Part shown: one piece after another, positions 28,075 through 30,267 of the stretch
Position numbering within the stretch: the first letter of the stretch is position 1
Layout: the number at the start of each line of letters is the position of its first letter
Virus genome (UHGV): UHGV-0229465
DNA length: 30,267 nucleotides
Reading direction: 5' to 3' (one strand)
DNA from: a virus
The notes under the pieces: generated by a model
What the model was told of the DNA's origin: nothing
Seen by the model: only the letters and a program-made list of their open reading frames with translations
Database searches by the model: none
Position numbers and translations under genes: made by a program

Positions 28075-28716
28075 ATGAAAATTAAGTTAACACCAATCTG
28101 GTTATGGATAAAACAATATCAACATCCCCTTAGAGTATTGGGGGGGATTTTTTTCGGGGCCGCTTTGATAGCAGCTTTTTTTTGGATATCAGGATTTGAT
28201 ATAGAACCTATCGCATTCGCTCTGGGAATGCTTAGTTCATTGTTCTTAGCCAGCCCATCGGTAGCAGAATATTTTTTACCAGAACGTAAACCTGTCAGAG
28301 ATATGACATATGAGGAAATCTTAAATTTCATACCCAAAACTGAACCATCTCAAGATTGGCATGGGATTTCAAGGGAATGGGCTAGCGAACGATTCCTTAA
28401 AGAAGACCCACGTCTTCGTTTTCGAGCCAAGTTCATTGATGAAGGAATTCAATGTGAAAATTTTATAGAAGATTGGGCTAACAATCATCCAGATCCCAGA
28501 GCAACTGGATATTGGTATGAGCTTTATTACGACGGAGCATTCCTAGACAGGTTTTTATTGGTATCTGTGGATGGCGGTAGAGCGGATATTCCTCCACCAA
28601 AATTACAAACTAAAGAAATTAGCTTACTCAATTATCATGTTGCGAAAATACATGACACCTCTGGCACGTTAGATGAGTATATTAAACGATCTGGTTTAAC
28701 TATTGCAAAAACATAA
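28075..28716 (+). CDS. Membrane-anchored hypothetical protein (two TM helices, ~150-aa C-terminal domain)
   Basis: 213-aa ORF, AT-rich; helices at ~20-40 and ~45-63; convergent with the next gene. Confidence 0.55.
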   Translation: MKIKLTPIWLWIKQYQHPLRVLGGIFFGAALIAAFFWISGFDIEPIAFALGMLSSLFLASPSVAEYFLPERKPVRDMTYEEILNFIPKTEPSQDWHGISREWASERFLKEDPRLRFRAKFIDEGIQCENFIEDWANNHPDPRATGYWYELYYDGAFLDRFLLVSVDGGRADIPPPKLQTKEISLLNYHVAKIHDTSGTLDEYIKRSGLTIAKT

Positions 28717-28788
28717 TAAGTAACTATTCATTTTTGTCCTGAGCGGGAGGATTAAAACCTCCGCTCTCCGATTCATCACTACAGAGTA

Positions 28789-29547
28789 TTAACATTCATG
28801 ATGCTTAATTTCCAGATCGGAAATTGCAATCATTCTTATTTCTTTCAATGCACTATCAATTGCTAATCTTATTCTTTGCCCATAATCATCTGGTTCTTCA
28901 TAATCCAGTGGAGACGGTTCTAAGCCAATATTTTCGACTAACTCCTCTAATTTTATAGTTACATCAGTATTCAAAAGAATTGCTTTTGTTATTAATATTT
29001 CAGTTAACGATATCATTGCAATGCTTAATTTTTGTTGTAATTCTTTGTTTTTAGTTTGGACGTCTTTATCATTCATTGAGTTCTCAATATCTGCTTGAGC
29101 CTGCTGAATTTCTTGGTAAAATTGTTTTTCTTGCTCTTCATTAAAATATGGCTGGTAACTGCTTGCAATCCATCCTGGAATCATATGAAGTTCAATTATA
29201 TGAAATTCATTGTCTGCCCATTTTTTAATTGCTAGCAATTGTGCATAGATGAATTCATACATATCATATTTTTTTTGCCAAATTTGTTGAGAGATCCATA
29301 TCTCAGATGTTATTTTTTTCTCTATATCTTTAATAGTAACTGTGTTTATAGATAATTGTTCCCGTAGGGTTTCGAAGTTAGAATTGGTTGCAGAAATTTT
29401 AGCCCATTCTGTAATTATTGAAACTAGGAAACTCATTGCTAGGGCTGCGATAACTACGGCGAGACTTAACCAGATAATTTCTGCTGTCGAGAAATTTGAT
29501 GACTGTAATGCCTTAATAAGATCAAGCAATTGCTTTTCTGTAAGCAC
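28789..29547 (-). CDS. Membrane-anchored hypothetical protein (one TM helix, helical/coiled-coil C-terminal domain)
   Basis: 252-aa ORF on - strand; GTG start with GGGGAG RBS; one hydrophobic helix near residues 22-46 then Glu/Gln/Lys-rich helical region. Confidence 0.55.
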   Translation of the reverse strand: MLTEKQLLDLIKALQSSNFSTAEIIWLSLAVVIAALAMSFLVSIITEWAKISATNSNFETLREQLSINTVTIKDIEKKITSEIWISQQIWQKKYDMYEFIYAQLLAIKKWADNEFHIIELHMIPGWIASSYQPYFNEEQEKQFYQEIQQAQADIENSMNDKDVQTKNKELQQKLSIAMISLTEILITKAILLNTDVTIKLEELVENIGLEPSPLDYEEPDDYGQRIRLAIDSALKEIRMIAISDLEIKHHEC

Positions 29548-29949
29548 AGGTTACTCCCCAAAAAATATTTGTTATGATTCAATTGATTACGCTAGGTTTT
29601 CTATTGTTCAAACAAAAAATAAAACACCACTGTACACCCATCAAAATTATATGGATAGATTCTTTATAGCAAAATTATGATCTGACAACATGATATGGTT
29701 CGAAGATGTTTTTATGGTAGAAAGGTATGCATGTAGGGTATAGGAGGTCGTGAAAGAAAAGAAGACTTCTGTACAGTTTGTCATCACGTTTATCTTCATC
29801 GGCTATGCAAGTCGTAATACAAGGTGGGACAAAACTGAGACACATAAGGCCTCACAATGGCTTGCAAGGCTTTACATGTTTTGATGTGGTGGGACGTGTG
29901 AGCGCAGTGTTGATGGGGTAATTCTTTGAATTAGAAACGGATTCTTATA

Positions 29950-29995
29950 ATTCGTAATGCGAAGGTCGTAGGTTCGACTCCTATTATCGGCACCA
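29950..29995 (+). other. Partial tRNA-Thr(CGU) (anticodon loop to CCA end) = prophage attachment core, attR
   Basis: attcgtaatgcgaaggtcgtaggttcgactcctattatcggcacca matches the recalled 3' portion of enterobacterial tRNA-Thr (T-arm GGTTCGACTCC, acceptor TATCGGCACCA); the 5' half is absent upstream and GC composition changes here. Confidence 0.75.
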
Positions 29996-30121
29996 TTAAA
30001 ATCAAAGAGTTACCCCATATTTAAATACACCACGTTTCCTCCTGTGCCGCATTTGTGCCATTGTAACCTTGGCAATTCATCAAAATACTGTTCTGACATC
30101 AGGCAGTGCAGGTGCAGCTAT

Positions 30122-30265
30122 TTAAACCAATTGCTGCCGCCATTCTTTGACGTAGTCAATCAGGGCGCGGAGCTTTGGTGCAATATTGCGACGCTGTGGG
30201 AAATACAGATAGAAGCCCGGAAATTGTGGAAGAAAGTCATCAAGCAGCGATACAAGCTTACCGCT
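30122..30265 (-). CDS. LysR-type transcriptional regulator, C-terminal fragment (chromosomal flank)
   Basis: - strand ORF open to the window edge, ending ...IAPKLRALIDYVKEWRQQLV*; typical LysR C-terminal character; outside the prophage. Confidence 0.45.
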   Translation of the reverse strand, partial: SGKLVSLLDDFLPQFPGFYLYFPQRRNIAPKLRALIDYVKEWRQQLV

Positions 30266-30267
30266 TT

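Larger units (their letters stand above)
1..29995 (+). mobile_element. Integrated mosaic prophage, late/right arm through attR; continues beyond window start
   Basis: Continuous co-oriented phage late genes (Q, lysis, packaging, head, tail, fibres), then AT-rich cargo and a partial tRNA-Thr att core at 29950-29995, followed by a chromosomal-looking LysR fragment. Confidence 0.85.

Noticed and set aside
1-30267. CRISPR arrays, rRNA genes, IS elements, intact integrase or intact tRNA
   Set aside because: No direct-repeat/spacer periodicity, no rRNA-like sequence, no transposase-like ORF with terminal inverted repeats; the only tRNA-derived sequence is the 46-nt attR fragment.

Overview
Almost the whole window is the late (right) arm of an integrated mosaic tailed prophage in an enterobacterial-type chromosome; all prophage genes but two run on the + strand. 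In order: a Q21/933W-type late antiterminator with a promoter/terminator pair; a lambda-like lysis cassette (holin, R-type endolysin, Rz with embedded Rz1); a small accessory cluster (KilA-N protein, overlapping lipoprotein, AT-rich moron); HNH-terS-terL packaging genes; an HK97-type head module (portal, protease, major capsid, connectors); a Mu-type contractile tail and baseplate module with a tail-chaperone -1 frameshift; and an e14/Mu-style invertible tail-fibre switch. The prophage ends at 29950-29995 in a 46-nt 3' fragment of tRNA-Thr (attR), followed by a chromosomal LysR-type regulator fragment. Integrase and early genes lie outside the window. Main observations: (1) the portal reading frame is split by a frameshift at a G-run; (2) the DNA invertase is truncated exactly where AT-rich foreign DNA begins, so the intact fibre switch is probably locked; (3) AT-rich morons sit at 4653-5060 and, unusually, inside the tail cluster at 17492-17986 (secreted protein); (4) the att-proximal AT-rich island (25632-29949) encodes three membrane-anchored proteins I cannot assign to any family, and is the best candidate for an undescribed defence, exclusion or conversion module. 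All family assignments rest on reading the translations and recalled similarity; no searches were run.
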